Positions 13,101-28,400 of a stretch of DNA of 64,000 nucleotides are shown here, piece after piece. A program made the translations under genes and the position numbers. Origin of the DNA: Eledone cirrhosa. Its lineage: Eukaryota. Below the pieces are notes generated by a model. That model did not search any database. It saw only the letters and a list, made by a program, of their open reading frames with translations, and had not been told where the DNA came from. Where the stretch lies: positions 318,618,001-318,682,000 of the forward strand of contig OZ024740.1 of NCBI GenBank assembly GCA_964016885.1, written 5' to 3'. Position 1 is the first letter of the stretch. Every line of letters starts with the position of its first letter.

Positions 13101-16100
13101 ACATTCTAACGACTCTACGAATTCGCTGTATTTCTACTACAATGCTCACAACAAATAATCCACGACTGTCTCGTCTATTTCCACAACTTACATTCTATCT
13201 GACATTCTAACGACTCTACGAATTCGCTGTCTTTCTACTACAATGCTCACAAAAAATAATCCACGACTGTCTCGTCTATTTCCACAACTTACATTCTATC
13301 TGACATTCTAACGACTCTACCAATTCGAAATCTTTCTACTACAATACTCACAACAAACAATCCAGGATTGTCTCGTCTATTTCTACAACTTACATTCTAT
13401 GTGACATTCAAACGACTCTATCAATTCGAAGTCTTTCTACTACAATACTAACGTCAAATAATCCAGGATTGTCTCGTCTATTTCCACAACTTACGTTCTA
13501 TCTGACATTCTAACGACTCTACCAATTCGAATTCTTTCTATTACAATACTCACAACAAATAATCCAGGATTGTCTCGTCTATTTCCACAACTTACATTCT
13601 ATCTGACATTCTAACGACTCTACGAATTCGCTGTATTTCTACTACAATGCTCACAACAAATAATCCACGACTGTCTCGTCTATTTCCACAACTTACATTC
13701 TATCTGACATTCTAACGACTCTACCAATTCGAAATCTTTCTACTACAATACTCACAACAAACAATCCAGGATTGTCTCGTCTATTTCTACAACTTACATT
13801 CTATGTGACATTCAAACGACTCTATCAATTCGAAGTCTTTCTACAACAATACTAACGTAAAATAATCCAGGATTGTCTCGTCCATTTCCACAACTTACAT
13901 TCTATCTGACATTCTAACGACTCTACCAATTCGAAGTCTTTCTACTACAATACTAACTTTAAATAATCCAGGATTGTCTCGTCTATCTCCAGACCTTACA
14001 TTCTATCTGACATTCTAACGACTCTACCAGTTCGCTGTATTTCTACTACAATACTCACAACAAATAATCCAGGATTGTCTCGTCTATTTCCACAACTTAC
14101 ATTCTATCTCACATTCTAACGTGTCTACCAATTCGAAGTCTTTCTACTACAATACTAACTTTAAACAATCCAGGATTGTCTCCTCTATTTCCACAACTTA
14201 CATTCTATCTGACATTGAAACGACTCTACCAATTCGATGTCTTTGTACTACAATACTCACAAAAAAATAATCCAGGATTGTATCGTCTTTTTCCACAACT
14301 TACATTCTATCTGACATTCTAACGACTCTACCAATTCGCTGTATTTCTACTACAATACTAACTTCAATTAGTCCAGGATTGTCTCATCTATTTCCACATC
14401 TTACATTCTATCTGATATTCGAACGACTCTACCAATTCGAAGTCTTTCTACTACAATACTCACAACAAACAATCCAGGATTGTCTCGTCTATTTCTACAA
14501 CTTACATTCTATGTGACATTAAAACGACTCTATCAATTCGAAGTCTTTCTACTACATACTAACGTCAAATAATCCAGGATTGTCTCGTCTATTTCCACAA
14601 CTTACGTTCTATCTGACATTCTAACGACTCTACCAATTCGAATTCTTTATATTACAATACTCACAACAAATAATCCAGGATTGTCTCGTCTATTTCCACA
14701 ACTTACATTCTATCTGACATTCTAACGACTCTACGAATTCGCTGTCTTTCTACTACAATGCTCACAACAAATAATCCACGACTGTCTCGTCTATTTCCAC
14801 AACTTACATTCTATCTGACATTCTAACGACTCTACCAATTCGAAATCTTTCTACTACAATACTCACAACAAACAATCCAGGATTGTCTCGTCTATTTCTA
14901 CAACTTACATTCTATGTGACATTCAAACGACTCTATCAATTCGAAGTCTTTCTACAACAATACTAACGTCAAATAATCCAGGATTATCTCGTCCATTTCC
15001 ACAACTTACATTCTATCTGACATTCTAACGACTCTACCAATTCGAAGTCTTTCTACTACAATACTAACTTTAAATAATCCAGGATTGTCTCGTCTATCTC
15101 CAGACCTTATATTCTATCTGACATTCTAACGACTCTACCAGTTCGCTGTATTTCAACTACAATACTAACTTCAAATAATCCAGGATTGTCTCGTCTATTT
15201 CCACAACTTACATTCTATATGATATTCTAACGACTCTACCCATTCGCTGTATTTCTACTACAATACTAACTTCAAATAATCCAGGATTGTCTCGTCTACT
15301 TCCACAACTTACATTCTATGTGATATTCTAACGACTCTACCATTCGAAGTCTTTCTACTACAATACTCACAACAAATAATCCATATTGTCTCGTCTATTT
15401 CCACAACTTACATTCTATCTGACATTCTAACGACTCTACCAATTCGCTGTATTTCTACTACAATACTAACTTCAATTAGTCCAGGATTGTCCCATCTATT
15501 TCCACATCTTACATTCTATCTGATATTCGAACGACTCTACCAATTCGAAGTCTTTCTACTACAATACTCACAACAAACAATCCAGGATTGTCTCGTCTAT
15601 TTCTACAACTTACATTCTATGTGACATTAAAACGACTCTATCAATTCGAAGTCTTTCTACTACAATACTAACGTCAAATAATCCAGGATTGTCTCGTCTA
15701 TTTCCACAACTTACGTTCTATCTGACATTCTAACGACTCTACCAATTCGAATTCTTTCTATTACAATACTCACAACAAATAATCCAGGATTGTCTCGTCT
15801 ATTTCCACAACTTACATTCTATCTGACATTCTAACGACTCTACGAATTCGCTGTCTTTCTACTACAATGCTCACAACAAATAATCCACGACTGTCTCGTC
15901 TATTTCCACAACTTACATTCTATCTGACATTCTAACGACTCTACCAATTCGAAATCTTTCTACTACAATACTCACAACAAACAATCCAGGATTGTCTCGT
16001 CTATTTCTACAACTTACATTCTATGTGACATTTAAACGACTCTATCAATTCGAAGTCTTTCTACAACAATACTAACGTCAAATAATCCAGGATTATCTCG

Positions 16101-16530
16101 TCCATTTCCACAACTTACATTCTATCTGACATTCTAACGACTCTACCAATTCGAAGTCTTTCTACTACAATACTAACTTTAAATAATCCAGGATTGTCTC
16201 GTCTATCTCCAGACCTTACATTCTATCTGACATTCTAACGACTCTACCAGTTCGCTGTATTTCAACTACAATACTAACTTCAAATAATCCAGGATCGTCT
16301 CGTCTATTTCCACAACTTACATTCTATCTGATATTCTAACGACTCTACCCATTCGCTGTATTTCTACTACAATACTAACTTCAAATAATCCAGGATTGTC
16401 TCGTCTACTTCCACAACTTACATTCTATGTGATATTCTAACGACTCTACCAATTCGAAGTCTTTCTACTACAATACTCACAACAAATAATCCATATTGTC
16501 TCGTCTATTTCCACAACTTACATTCTATCT
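10140..16530. repeat. Higher-order duplication, offset 3835 bp (38 monomers): ~10140-12590 repeated at ~13975-16530
   Basis: Shared private 1-bp deletions: TTTCTACTAC-ATACT at 10711/14546 and TCTACC-ATTCG at 11501/15336. The second copy has one extra monomer near 16200-16290. Confidence 0.88.
12700..13710. repeat. Tandem 5-monomer (505 bp) duplication
   Basis: GCTGTCTTTCTACTACAATGCTCACAAAAA occurs at 12721 and 13226, each followed by the same series of monomer types. Confidence 0.82.
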
Positions 16531-17813
16531 GACATTCAAACGACTCTATCAATTCGAAGTCTTTCTACTACAATACTAACGTCAAATAATCCAGGATTGT
16601 CTCGTCTATTTCCACAACTTACTTTCTATCTGACATTCTAACGACTCTACCAATTCGAAGTCTTTCTACTACAATACTCACAACAAATATTCCAGGAATG
16701 TCTCGTCTATTTCCACAACTTACATTCTATCTGACATTCTAACGACTCTACCAATTCGAAGTCTTTCTACTACAATACTAACTTTAAATAATCCAGGATT
16801 GTCTCCTCTATTTCCACAACTTACATATTATCTGAAATTCTAACGACTCTACCAATTCGATGTCTTTCTACAACAATACTCACAACAAATAATCCAGGAT
16901 TGTATAGTCTATTTCTACAACTTACATTCTATCTGACATTCTAACGACTCTACCAATTCGAAGTCTTTCTGCTACAATACTCACAACAAATAATCCAGCA
17001 TTGACTCGTCTATTTCCACAACTCACATTCTATCTGACATTCTAACGACTCTATCAATTCGAAGTCTTTCTACTACAATACTAACGTCAAATAATCCAGG
17101 ATCGTCTCGTCTATTTCCACAACTTACATTCTATCTGACATTCTAACGACTCTACCAATTCGAAGTCTTTCTACTACAATACTAACAACAAATAATCTAG
17201 GATTGTCTCATCTATCTCCACAACTTACATTTTCTCTGACATTCTAACGACTCTACCAATTCGAAGTCTTTCTACTACAATACTCACAACAAATAATCCA
17301 GGATTGTCTCGTCTATTTCCACAACTTACATTCTATCTGACATTCTAACGACTCTACCAATTCGAAGTCTTTCTACTACAATACTCACAACAAATATTCC
17401 AGGATTGTCTCGTCTATTTCCACAACTTACATTCTATCTGACATTCTAACGACTCTACCAATTCGCTGTATTTCTACTACAATACTAACTTCAATTAGTC
17501 CAGGATTGTCTCATCTATTTCCACAACTTACATTCTATCTGATATTCGAACGACTCTACCAATTCGTAGTCTTTCTACTACAATACTAACAACAAATAAT
17601 GCAGGATTGTCTCGTCTATTTCCACAACTTACATTCTATCTGACATTCTAACGACTCTACCAATTCGAAGTCTTTCTATTACAATACTCACAACAAATAA
17701 TCCAGGATTGTCTCGTCTATTTCCACAACTTACATTCTATCTGACATTCTAACGACTCTACGAATTCGCTGTCTTTCTACTACAATGCTCACAACAAATA
17801 ATCCACGACTGTC

Positions 17814-20800
17814 TCGTCTATTTCCACAACTTACATTCTATCTGACATTCTAACGACTCTACCAATTCGAAATCTTTCTACTACAATACTCACAACAAAC
17901 AATCCAGGATTGTCTCGTCTATTTGTACAACTTACATTCTATGTGACATTCAAACGACTCTATCAATTCGAAGTCTTTCTACTACAATACTAACGTCAAA
18001 TAATCCAGGATTGTCTCGTCTATTTCCACAACTTACGTTCTATCTGACATTCTAACGACTCTACCAATTCGAATTCTTTCTATTACAATACTCACAACAA
18101 ATAATCCAGGATTGTCTCGTCTATTTCCACAACTTACATTCTATCTGACATTCTAACGACTCTACGAATTCGCTGTCTTTCTACTACATTGCTCACAACA
18201 AATAATCCACGACTGTCTCCTCTATTTCCACAACTTACATTTTATCTGACGTTCTAACGACTCTACCAATTCGAAATCTTTCTACTACAATACTCACAAC
18301 AAACAATCCAGGATTGTCTAGTCTATTTCTACAACTTACATTCTATGTGACATTCAAAAGACTCTATCAATTCGAAGTCTTTCTACAACATTACTAACGT
18401 AAAATAATCCAGGATTGTCTCGTCCATTTCCACAACTTACATTCTATCTGACATTCTAACGACTCTACCAATTCGAAGTCTTTCTACTACAATACTAACT
18501 TTAAATAATCCAGGATTGTCTCGTCTATCTCCAGACCTTAAATTCTATCTGACATTCTAACGACTCTACCAGTTCGCTGTATTTCAACTACAATACTAAC
18601 TTCAAATAATCCAGGATTGTCTCGTCTATTTCCACAACTTACATTCTATCTGATATTCTAACGACTCTACCAATTCGAAGTCTTCCTACTACAATACTCA
18701 CAACAAATAATCCAGGATTGTCTCGTCTATTTCCACATCTTACATTCTATCTGGCATTCTAATGACTCTACCAATTCGCTGTCTTTCTACTACAATACTC
18801 ACAACAAATAATCCATATTGTCTCGTCTATTTCCACAACTTACATTCTATCTGACATTCAAACGACTCTATCAATTCGAAGTCTTTCTACTACAATACTA
18901 ACTTCAAATAATCCAGGATTGTCTCGTCTATTTCCACAACTTACTTTCTATCTGACATTCTAACGACTCTACCAATTCGAAGTGTTTCTACTACAATACT
19001 CACAACAAATATTCCAGGATTGTCTCGTCTATTTCCACAACTTACATTCTATCTGACATTCTAACGACTCTACCAATTCGAAGTCTTTCTACTACAATAC
19101 TAACTTTAAATAATCCAGGATTGTCTCCTCTATTTCCACAACTTACATATTATCTGAAATTCTAACGACTCTACCAATTCGATGTCTTTCTACTACAATA
19201 CTCACAACAAATAATCCAGGATTGTATAGTCTATTTCTACAACTTACATTCTATCTGACATTCTAACGACTCTACCAATTCGAAGTCTTTCTGCTACAAT
19301 ACTCACAACAAATAATCCAGCATTGACTCGTCTATTTCCACAACTCACATTCTATCTGACATTCTAACGACTCTATCAATTCGAAGTCTTTCTACTACAA
19401 TATTAACGTCAAATAATCCAGGATCGTCTCGTCTATTTTCACAACTTACATTCTATCTGACATTCTAACGACTCTACCAATTCGAAGTCTTTCTACTACA
19501 ATACTAACAACAAATAATCTAGGATTGTCTCATCTATCTCCACAACTTACATTTTCTCTGACATTCTAACGACTCTACCAATTCGAAGTCTTTCTACTAC
19601 AATACTCACAACAAATAATCCAGGATTGTCTCGTCTATTTCCACAACTTACATTCTATCTGACATTCTAACGACTCTACCAATTCGAAGTCTTTCTACTA
19701 CAATACTCACAACAAATATTCCAGGATTGTCTCGTCTATTTCCACAACTTACATTCTATCTGACATTCTAACGACTCTACCAATTCGCTGTATTTCTACT
19801 ACAATACTAACTTCAATTAGTCCAGGATTGTCTCATCTATTTCCACAACTTACATTCTATCTGATATTCGAACGACTCTACCAATTCGAAGTCTTTCTAC
19901 TACAATACTAACAACAAATAATGCAGGATTGTCTCGTCTATTTCCACAACTTACATTCTATCTGACATTCTAACGACTCTACCAATTCGAAGTCTTTCTA
20001 TTACAATACTCACAACAAATAATCCAGGATTGTCTCGTCTATTTCCACAACTTACATTCTATCTGACATTCTAACGACTCTACGTATTCGCTGTCTTTCT
20101 ACTACAATGCTCACAACAAATAATCCACGACTGTCTCGTCTATTTCCACAACTTACATTCTATCTGACATTCTAACGACTCTACCAATTCGAAATCTTTC
20201 TACTACAATACTCACAACAAACAATCCAGGATTGTCTCGTCTATTTCTACAACTTACATTCTATGTGACATTCAAACGACTCTATCAATTCGAAGTCTTT
20301 CTACTACAATACTAACGTCAAATAATCCAGGATTGTCTCGTCTATTTCCACAACTTACGTTCTATCTGACATTCTAACGACTCTACCAATTCGAATTCTT
20401 TCTATTACAATACTCACAACAAATAATCCAGGATTGTCTCGTCTATTTCCACAACTTACATTCTATCTGACATTCTAACGACTCTACGAATTCGCTGTCT
20501 TTCTACTACATTGCTCACAACAAATAATCCACGACTGTCTCGTCTATTTCTACAACTTACATTCTATGTGACATTCAAAAGACTCTATCAATTCGAGGTC
20601 TTTCTACAACATTACTAACGTAAAATAATCCAGGATTGTCTCGTCCATTTCCACAACTTACATTCTATCTGACATTCTAACGACTCTACCAATTCGAAGT
20701 CTTTCTACTACAATACTAACTTTAAATAATCCAGGATTGTCTCGTCTATCTCCAGACCTTATATTCTATCTGACATTCTAACGACTCTACCAGTTCGCTG

Positions 20801-23800
20801 TATTTCAACTACAATACTAACTTCAAATAATCCAGGATTGTCTCGTCTATTTCCACAACTTACATTCTATCTGATATTCTAACGACTCTACCAATTCGAA
20901 GTCTTCCTACTACAATACTCACAACAAATAATCCAGGATTGTCTCGTCTATTTCCACTACTTACATTCTATCTGGCATTCTAATGACTCTACCAATTCGC
21001 TGTCTTTCTACTACAATACTCACAACAAATAATCCATATTGTCTCGTCTATTTCCACAACTTACATTCTATCTGACATTCAAACGACTCTATCAATTCGA
21101 AGTCTTTCTACTACAATACTAACTTCAAATAATCCAGGATTGTCTCGTCTATTTCCACAACTTACTTTCTATCTGACATTCTAACGACTCTACCAATTCG
21201 AAGTCTTTCTACTACAATACTCACAACAAATATTCCAGGATTGTCTCGTCTATTTCCACAACTTACATTCTATCTGACATTCTAACGACTCTACCAATTC
21301 GAAGTCTTTCTACTACAATACTAACTTTAAATAATCCAGGATTGTCTCCTCTATTTCCACAACTTACATATTATCTGAAATTCTAACGACTCTACCAATT
21401 CGATGTCTTTCTACTACAATACTCACAACAAATAATCCAGGATTGTCTCGTCTATTTCTACAACTTACATTCTATCTGACATTCTAACGACTCTACCAAT
21501 TCGAAGTCTTTCTGCTACAATACTCACAACAAATAATCCAGGATTGTCTCGTCTATTTCCACACCTTACATTCTATCTGACATTCTAACGACTCTACCTA
21601 TTCGCTGTATTTCTACTACAATACTCACAACAAATAATCCAGCATTGACTCGTCTATTTCCACAACTTACATTCTATCTGACATTCTAACGACTCTACCA
21701 ATTCGAAATCTTTCTACTACAATACTCACAACAAACAATCCAGGATTGTCTCGTCTATTTGTACAACTTACATTCTATGTGACATTCAAACGACTCTATC
21801 AATTCGAAGTCTTTCTACTACAATACTAACGTCAAATAATCCAGGATTGTCTCGTCTATTTCCACAACTTACGTTCTATCTGACATTCTAACGACTCTAC
21901 CAATTCGAATTCTTTCTATTACAATACTCACAACAAATAATCCAGGATTGTCTCGTCTATTTCCACAACTTACATTCTATCTGACATTCTAACGACTCTA
22001 CGAATTCGCTGTCTTTCTACTACATTGCTCACAACAAATAATCCACGACTGTCTCCTCTATTTCCACAACTTACATTTTATCTGACGTTCTAACGACTCT
22101 ACCAATTCGAAATCTTTCTACTACAATACTCACAACAAACAATCCAGGATTGTCTAGTCTATTTCTACAACTTACATTCTATGTGACATTCAAAAGACTC
22201 TATCAATTCGAAGTCTTTCTACAACATTACTAACGTAAAATAATCCAGGATTGTCTCGTCCATTTCCACAACTTACATTCTATCTGACATTCTAACGACT
22301 CTACCAATTCGAAGTCTTTCTACTACAATACTAACTTTAAATAATCCAGGATTGTCTCGTCTATCTCCAGACCTTACATTCTATCTGACATTCTAACGAC
22401 TCTACCAGTTCGCTGTATTTCAACTACAATACTAACTTCAAATAATCCAGGATTGTCTCGTCTATTTCCACAACTTACATTCTATCTGATATTCTAACGA
22501 CTCTACCAATTCGAAGTCTTCCTACTACAATACTCACAACAAATAATCCAGGATTGTCTCGTCTATTTCCACATCTTACATTCTATCTGGCATTCTAATG
22601 ACTCTACCAATTCGCTGTCTTTCTACTACAATACTCACAACAAATAATCCATATTGTCTCGTCTATTTCCACAACTTACATTCTATCTGACATTCAAACG
22701 ACTCTATCAATTCGAAGTCTTTCTACTACAATACTAACTTCAAATAATCCAGGATTGTCTCGTCTATTTCCACAACTTACTTTCTATCTGACATTCTAAC
22801 GACTCTACCAATTCGAAGTGTTTCTACTACAATACTCACAACAAATATTCCAGGATTGTCTCGTCTATTTCCACAACTTACATTCTATCTGACATTCTAA
22901 CGACTCTACCAATTCGAAGTCTTTCTACTACAATACTAACTTTAAATAATCCAGGATTGTCTCCTCTATTTCCACAACTTACATATTATCTGAAATTCTA
23001 ACGACTCTACCAATTCGATGTCTTTCTACTACAATACTCACAACAAATAATCCAGGATTGTATAGTCTATTTCTACAACTTACATTCTATCTGACATTCT
23101 AACGACTCTACCAATTCGAAGTCTTTCTGCTACAATACTCACAACAAATAATCCAGCATTGACTCGTCTATTTCCACAACTCACATTCTATCTGACATTC
23201 TAACGACTCTATCAATTCGAAGTCTTTCTACTACAATATTAACGTCAAATAATCCAGGATCGTCTCGTCTATTTTCACAACTTACATTCTATCTGACATT
23301 CTAACGACTCTACCAATTCGAAGTCTTTCTACTACAATACTAACAACAAATAATCTAGGATTGTCTCATCTATCTCCACAACTTACATTTTCTCTGACAT
23401 TCTAACGACTCTACCAATTCGAAGTCTTTCTACTACAATACTCACAACAAATAATCCAGGATTGTCTCGTCTATTTCCACAACTTACATTCTATCTGACA
23501 TTCTAACGACTCTACCAATTCGAAGTCTTTCTACTACAATACTCACAACAAATATTCCAGGATTGTCTCGTCTATTTCCACAACTTACATTCTATCTGAC
23601 ATTCTAACGACTCTACCAATTCGCTGTATTTCTACTACAATACTAACTTCAATTAGTCCAGGATTGTCTCATCTATTTCCACAACTTACATTCTATCTGA
23701 TATTCGAACGACTCTACCAATTCGAAGTCTTTCTACTACAATACTAACAACAAATAATGCAGGATTGTCTCGTCTATTTCCACAACTTACATTCTATCTG

Positions 23801-25485
23801 ACATTCTAACGACTCTACCAATTCGAAGTCTTTCTATTACAATACTCACAACAAATAATCCAGGATTGTCTCGTCTATTTCCACAACTTACATTCTATCT
23901 GACATTCTAACGACTCTACGTATTCGCTGTCTTTCTACTACAATGCTCACAACAAATAATCCACGACTGTCTCGTCTATTTCCACAACTTACATTCTATC
24001 TGACATTCTAACGACTCTACCAATTCGAAATCTTTCTACTACAATACTCACAACAAACAATCCAGGATTGTCTCGTCTATTTCTACAACTTACATTCTAT
24101 GTGACATTCAAACGACTCTATCAATTCGAAGTCTTTCTACTACAATACTAACGTCAAATAATCCAGGATTGTCTCGTCTATTTCCACAACTTACGTTCTA
24201 TCTGACATTCTAACGACTCTACCAATTCGAATTCTTTCTATTACAATACTCACAACAAATAATCCAGGATTGTCTCGTCTATTTCCACAACTTACATTCT
24301 ATCTGACATTCTAACGACTCTACGAATTCGCTGTCTTTCTACTACATTGCTCACAACAAATAATCCACGACTGTCTCGTCTATTTCTACAACTTACATTC
24401 TATGTGACATTCAAAAGACTCTATCAATTCGAGGTCTTTCTACAACATTACTAACGTAAAATAATCCAGGATTGTCTCGTCCATTTCCACAACTTACATT
24501 CTATCTGACATTCTAACGACTCTACCAATTCGAAGTCTTTCTACTACAATACTAACTTTAAATAATCCAGGATTGTCTCGTCTATCTCCAGACCTTATAT
24601 TCTATCTGACATTCTAACGACTCTACCAGTTCGCTGTATTTCAACTACAATACTAACTTCAAATAATCCAGGATTGTCTCGTCTATTTCCACAACTTACA
24701 TTCTATCTGATATTCTAACGACTCTACCAATTCGAAGTCTTCCTACTACAATACTCACAACAAATAATCCAGGATTGTCTCGTCTATTTCCACTACTTAC
24801 ATTCTATCTGGCATTCTAATGACTCTACCAATTCGCTGTCTTTCTACTACAATACTCACAACAAATAATCCATATTGTCTCGTCTATTTCCACAACTTAC
24901 ATTCTATCTGACATTCAAACGACTCTATCAATTCGAAGTCTTTCTACTACAATACTAACTTCAAATAATCCAGGATTGTCTCGTCTATTTCCACAACTTA
25001 CTTTCTATCTGACATTCTAACGACTCTACCAATTCGAAGTCTTTCTACTACAATACTCACAACAAATATTCCAGGATTGTCTCGTCTATTTCCACAACTT
25101 ACATTCTATCTGACATTCTAACGACTCTACCAATTCGAAGTCTTTCTACTACAATACTAACTTTAAATAATCCAGGATTGTCTCCTCTATTTCCACAACT
25201 TACATATTATCTGAAATTCTAACGACTCTACCAATTCGATGTCTTTCTACTACAATACTCACAACAAATAATCCAGGATTGTCTCGTCTATTTCTACAAC
25301 TTACATTCTATCTGACATTCTAACGACTCTACCAATTCGAAGTCTTTCTGCTACAATACTCACAACAAATAATCCAGGATTGTCTCGTCTATTTCCACAC
25401 CTTACATTCTATCTGACATTCTAACGACTCTACCTATTCGCTGTATTTCTACTACAATACTCACAACAAATAATCCAGCATTGAC
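17814..25485. repeat. Near-identical tandem duplication of a 3836-bp (38-monomer) block: ~17814-21649 and ~21650-25485
   Basis: Private markers at constant offset 3836: TTTGTAC (G at 17925/21761), GTCTAGTC (A at 18320/22156), TACGTATTCG (20081/23917). One difference seen, A18541 versus C22377. Confidence 0.92.
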
Positions 25486-28400
25486 TCGTCTATTTCCACA
25501 ACTTACATTCTATCTGACATTCTAACGACTCTACCAATTCGAAGTCTTTCTACTACAATACTCACAACAAATATTCCAGGATTGTCTCGTCTATTTCCAC
25601 AACTTACATTCTATCTCACATTCTAACGACTCTACCAATTCGCTGTATTTCTACTACAATACTAACTTCAATTAGTCCAGGATTGTCTCGTCTATTTCCA
25701 CAACTTACATTCTATCTGACATTCTAAAGACTCTACGAATTCGCTGTCTTTCTACTACAATGCTCACAACAAATAATCCACGACTGTCTCGTCTATTTCC
25801 ACAACTTATATTCTATCTGACATTCTAACGACTCTACCAATTCGAAATCTTTCTACTACAATACTCACAACAAACAATCCAGGATTGTCTCGTCTATTTC
25901 TACAACTTACATTCTATGTGACATTCAAACGACTCTATCAATTTGAAGTCTTTCTACAACAATACTAACGTAAAATAATCCAGGATCGTCTCGTCTATTT
26001 CCACAACTTACATTCTATCTGACATTCTAACGACTCTACCAATTCGAAGTCTTTCTACTACAATACTAACAACAAATAATCTGGGATTGTCTCGTCTATT
26101 TCCACAACATACATTCTATCTGACATTCTAACGACTCTACCAAGTCGAAGTTTTTCTACTACAATACTCCCAACAAATAATCCAGGATCGTCTCGTCTAT
26201 TTCCACAACTTACATTCTATCTGACATTCTAACGACTCTACCCATTCGCTGTATTTCTACTACAATACTAACTTCAAATAATCCAGGATTGTCTCCTCTA
26301 TTTCCACAACTTACATTCTATGTCACATTCTAACGAGTCTACCAATTCGCTGTGTTTCTACTACAATACTCACAACAAATAAACCAGGATTGTCTCGTCT
26401 ATTTCCACAACTTACATTATATCTGACATACTAACGACTCTACGAATTCGAAGTCTTTCTACTACAATACTAACTTTAAACTATCCAGGATTGTCTCCTC
26501 TATTTCCACAACTTACATTCTATCTGACATTCTAACGACTCTACCAATTCGCTGTATTTCTACTACAATACTAACTTCAAATAATCCAGGATTGTATCGG
26601 CTATTTCCACAACTTACATTCTATCTGACATTCTAACGACTCTACCAATTCGCTGTCTTTCTACTACAATACTAACAACATATAATCTAGGATTGTCTCG
26701 TCTATTTCCACAACTTACAATCTATCTGATATTCGAACGACTCTACCAATTCGAAGTCTTTCTGCTACAATACTAACAACAAATAATCTAGGATTGTCTC
26801 GTCTATTTCAACAACTTACATTCTATCTGACATTCTAACGACTCTAACAATTCGAAGTCTTTCTAATACAATACTAACGTCAAATAATCCAGGATCGTCT
26901 CATCTATTTCCACAACTTACATTCTATCTGACATTCTAACGACTCTACCAATTCGATGTGTTTCTACTACAATACTCACGTCAAATAATCCAGGATTGTC
27001 TCGTCTATCTCCAGACCTTACATTCTATCTGACATTCTAACGACTCTACCAGTTCGCTGTATTTCTACTACAATACTCACAACAAATAATCCAGGATTGT
27101 CTCGTCTATTTCCACAACTTACATTCTATCTCACATTCTAACGTGTCTAACAATTCGAAGTCTTTCTACTACAATACTAACTTTAAACAATCCAGGATTG
27201 TCTCCTCTATTTCCACAACTTACATTCTATCTGACATTGAAACGACTCTACCAATTCGATGTCTTTGTACTACAATACTCACAACAAACAATCCAGGATT
27301 GTCTCGTCTATTTCTACAACTTACATTCTATTTGACATTCAAACGACTCTATCAATTCGAAGTCTTTCTACAACAATACTAACGTAAAATAATCCAGGAT
27401 TGTCTCGTCCATTTCCACAACTTACATTCTATCTGACATTCTAACGACTCTACCAATTCGAAGTCTTTCTACTACAATACTAACTTTAAATAATCCAGGA
27501 TTGTATCGTCTTTTTCCACAACTTACATTCTATCTGACATTCTAACGACTCTACCTATTCGCTGTATTTCTACTACAATACTCACAACAAATAATCCAGC
27601 ATTGACTCGTCTATTTCCACAACTTACATTCTATCTGACATTCTAACGACTCTACCAATTCGAAGTCTTTCTACTACAATACTCACAACAAATATTCCAG
27701 GATTGTCTCGTCTATTTCCACAACTTACATTCTATCTCACATTCTAACGACTCTACCAATTCGCTGTATTTCTACTACAATACTAACTTCAATTAGTCCA
27801 GGATTGTCTCGTCTATTTCCACAACTTACATTCTATCTGACATTCTAAAGACTCTACGAATTCGCTGTCTTTCTACTACAATGCTCACAACAAATAATCC
27901 ACGACTGTCTCGTCTATTTCCACAACTTATATTCTATCTGACATTCTAACGACTCTACCAATTCGAAATCTTTCTACTACAATACTCACAACAAACAATC
28001 CAGGATTGTCTCGTCTATTTCTACAACTTACATTCTATGTGACATTCAAACGACTCTATCAATTTGAAGTCTTTCTACAACAATACTAACGTAAAATAAT
28101 CCAGGATCGTCTCGTCTATTTCCACAACTTACATTCTATCTGACATTCTAACGACTCTACCAATTCGAAGTCTTTCTACTACAATACTAACAACAAATAA
28201 TCTGGGATTGTCTCGTCTATTTCCACAACATACATTCTATCTGACATTCTAACGACTCTACCAAGTCGAAGTTTTTCTACTACAATACTCCCAACAAATA
28301 ATCCAGGATCGTCTCGTCTATTTCCACAACTTACATTCTATCTGACATTCTAACGACTCTACCCATTCGCTGTATTTCTACTACAATACTCACAACAAAT

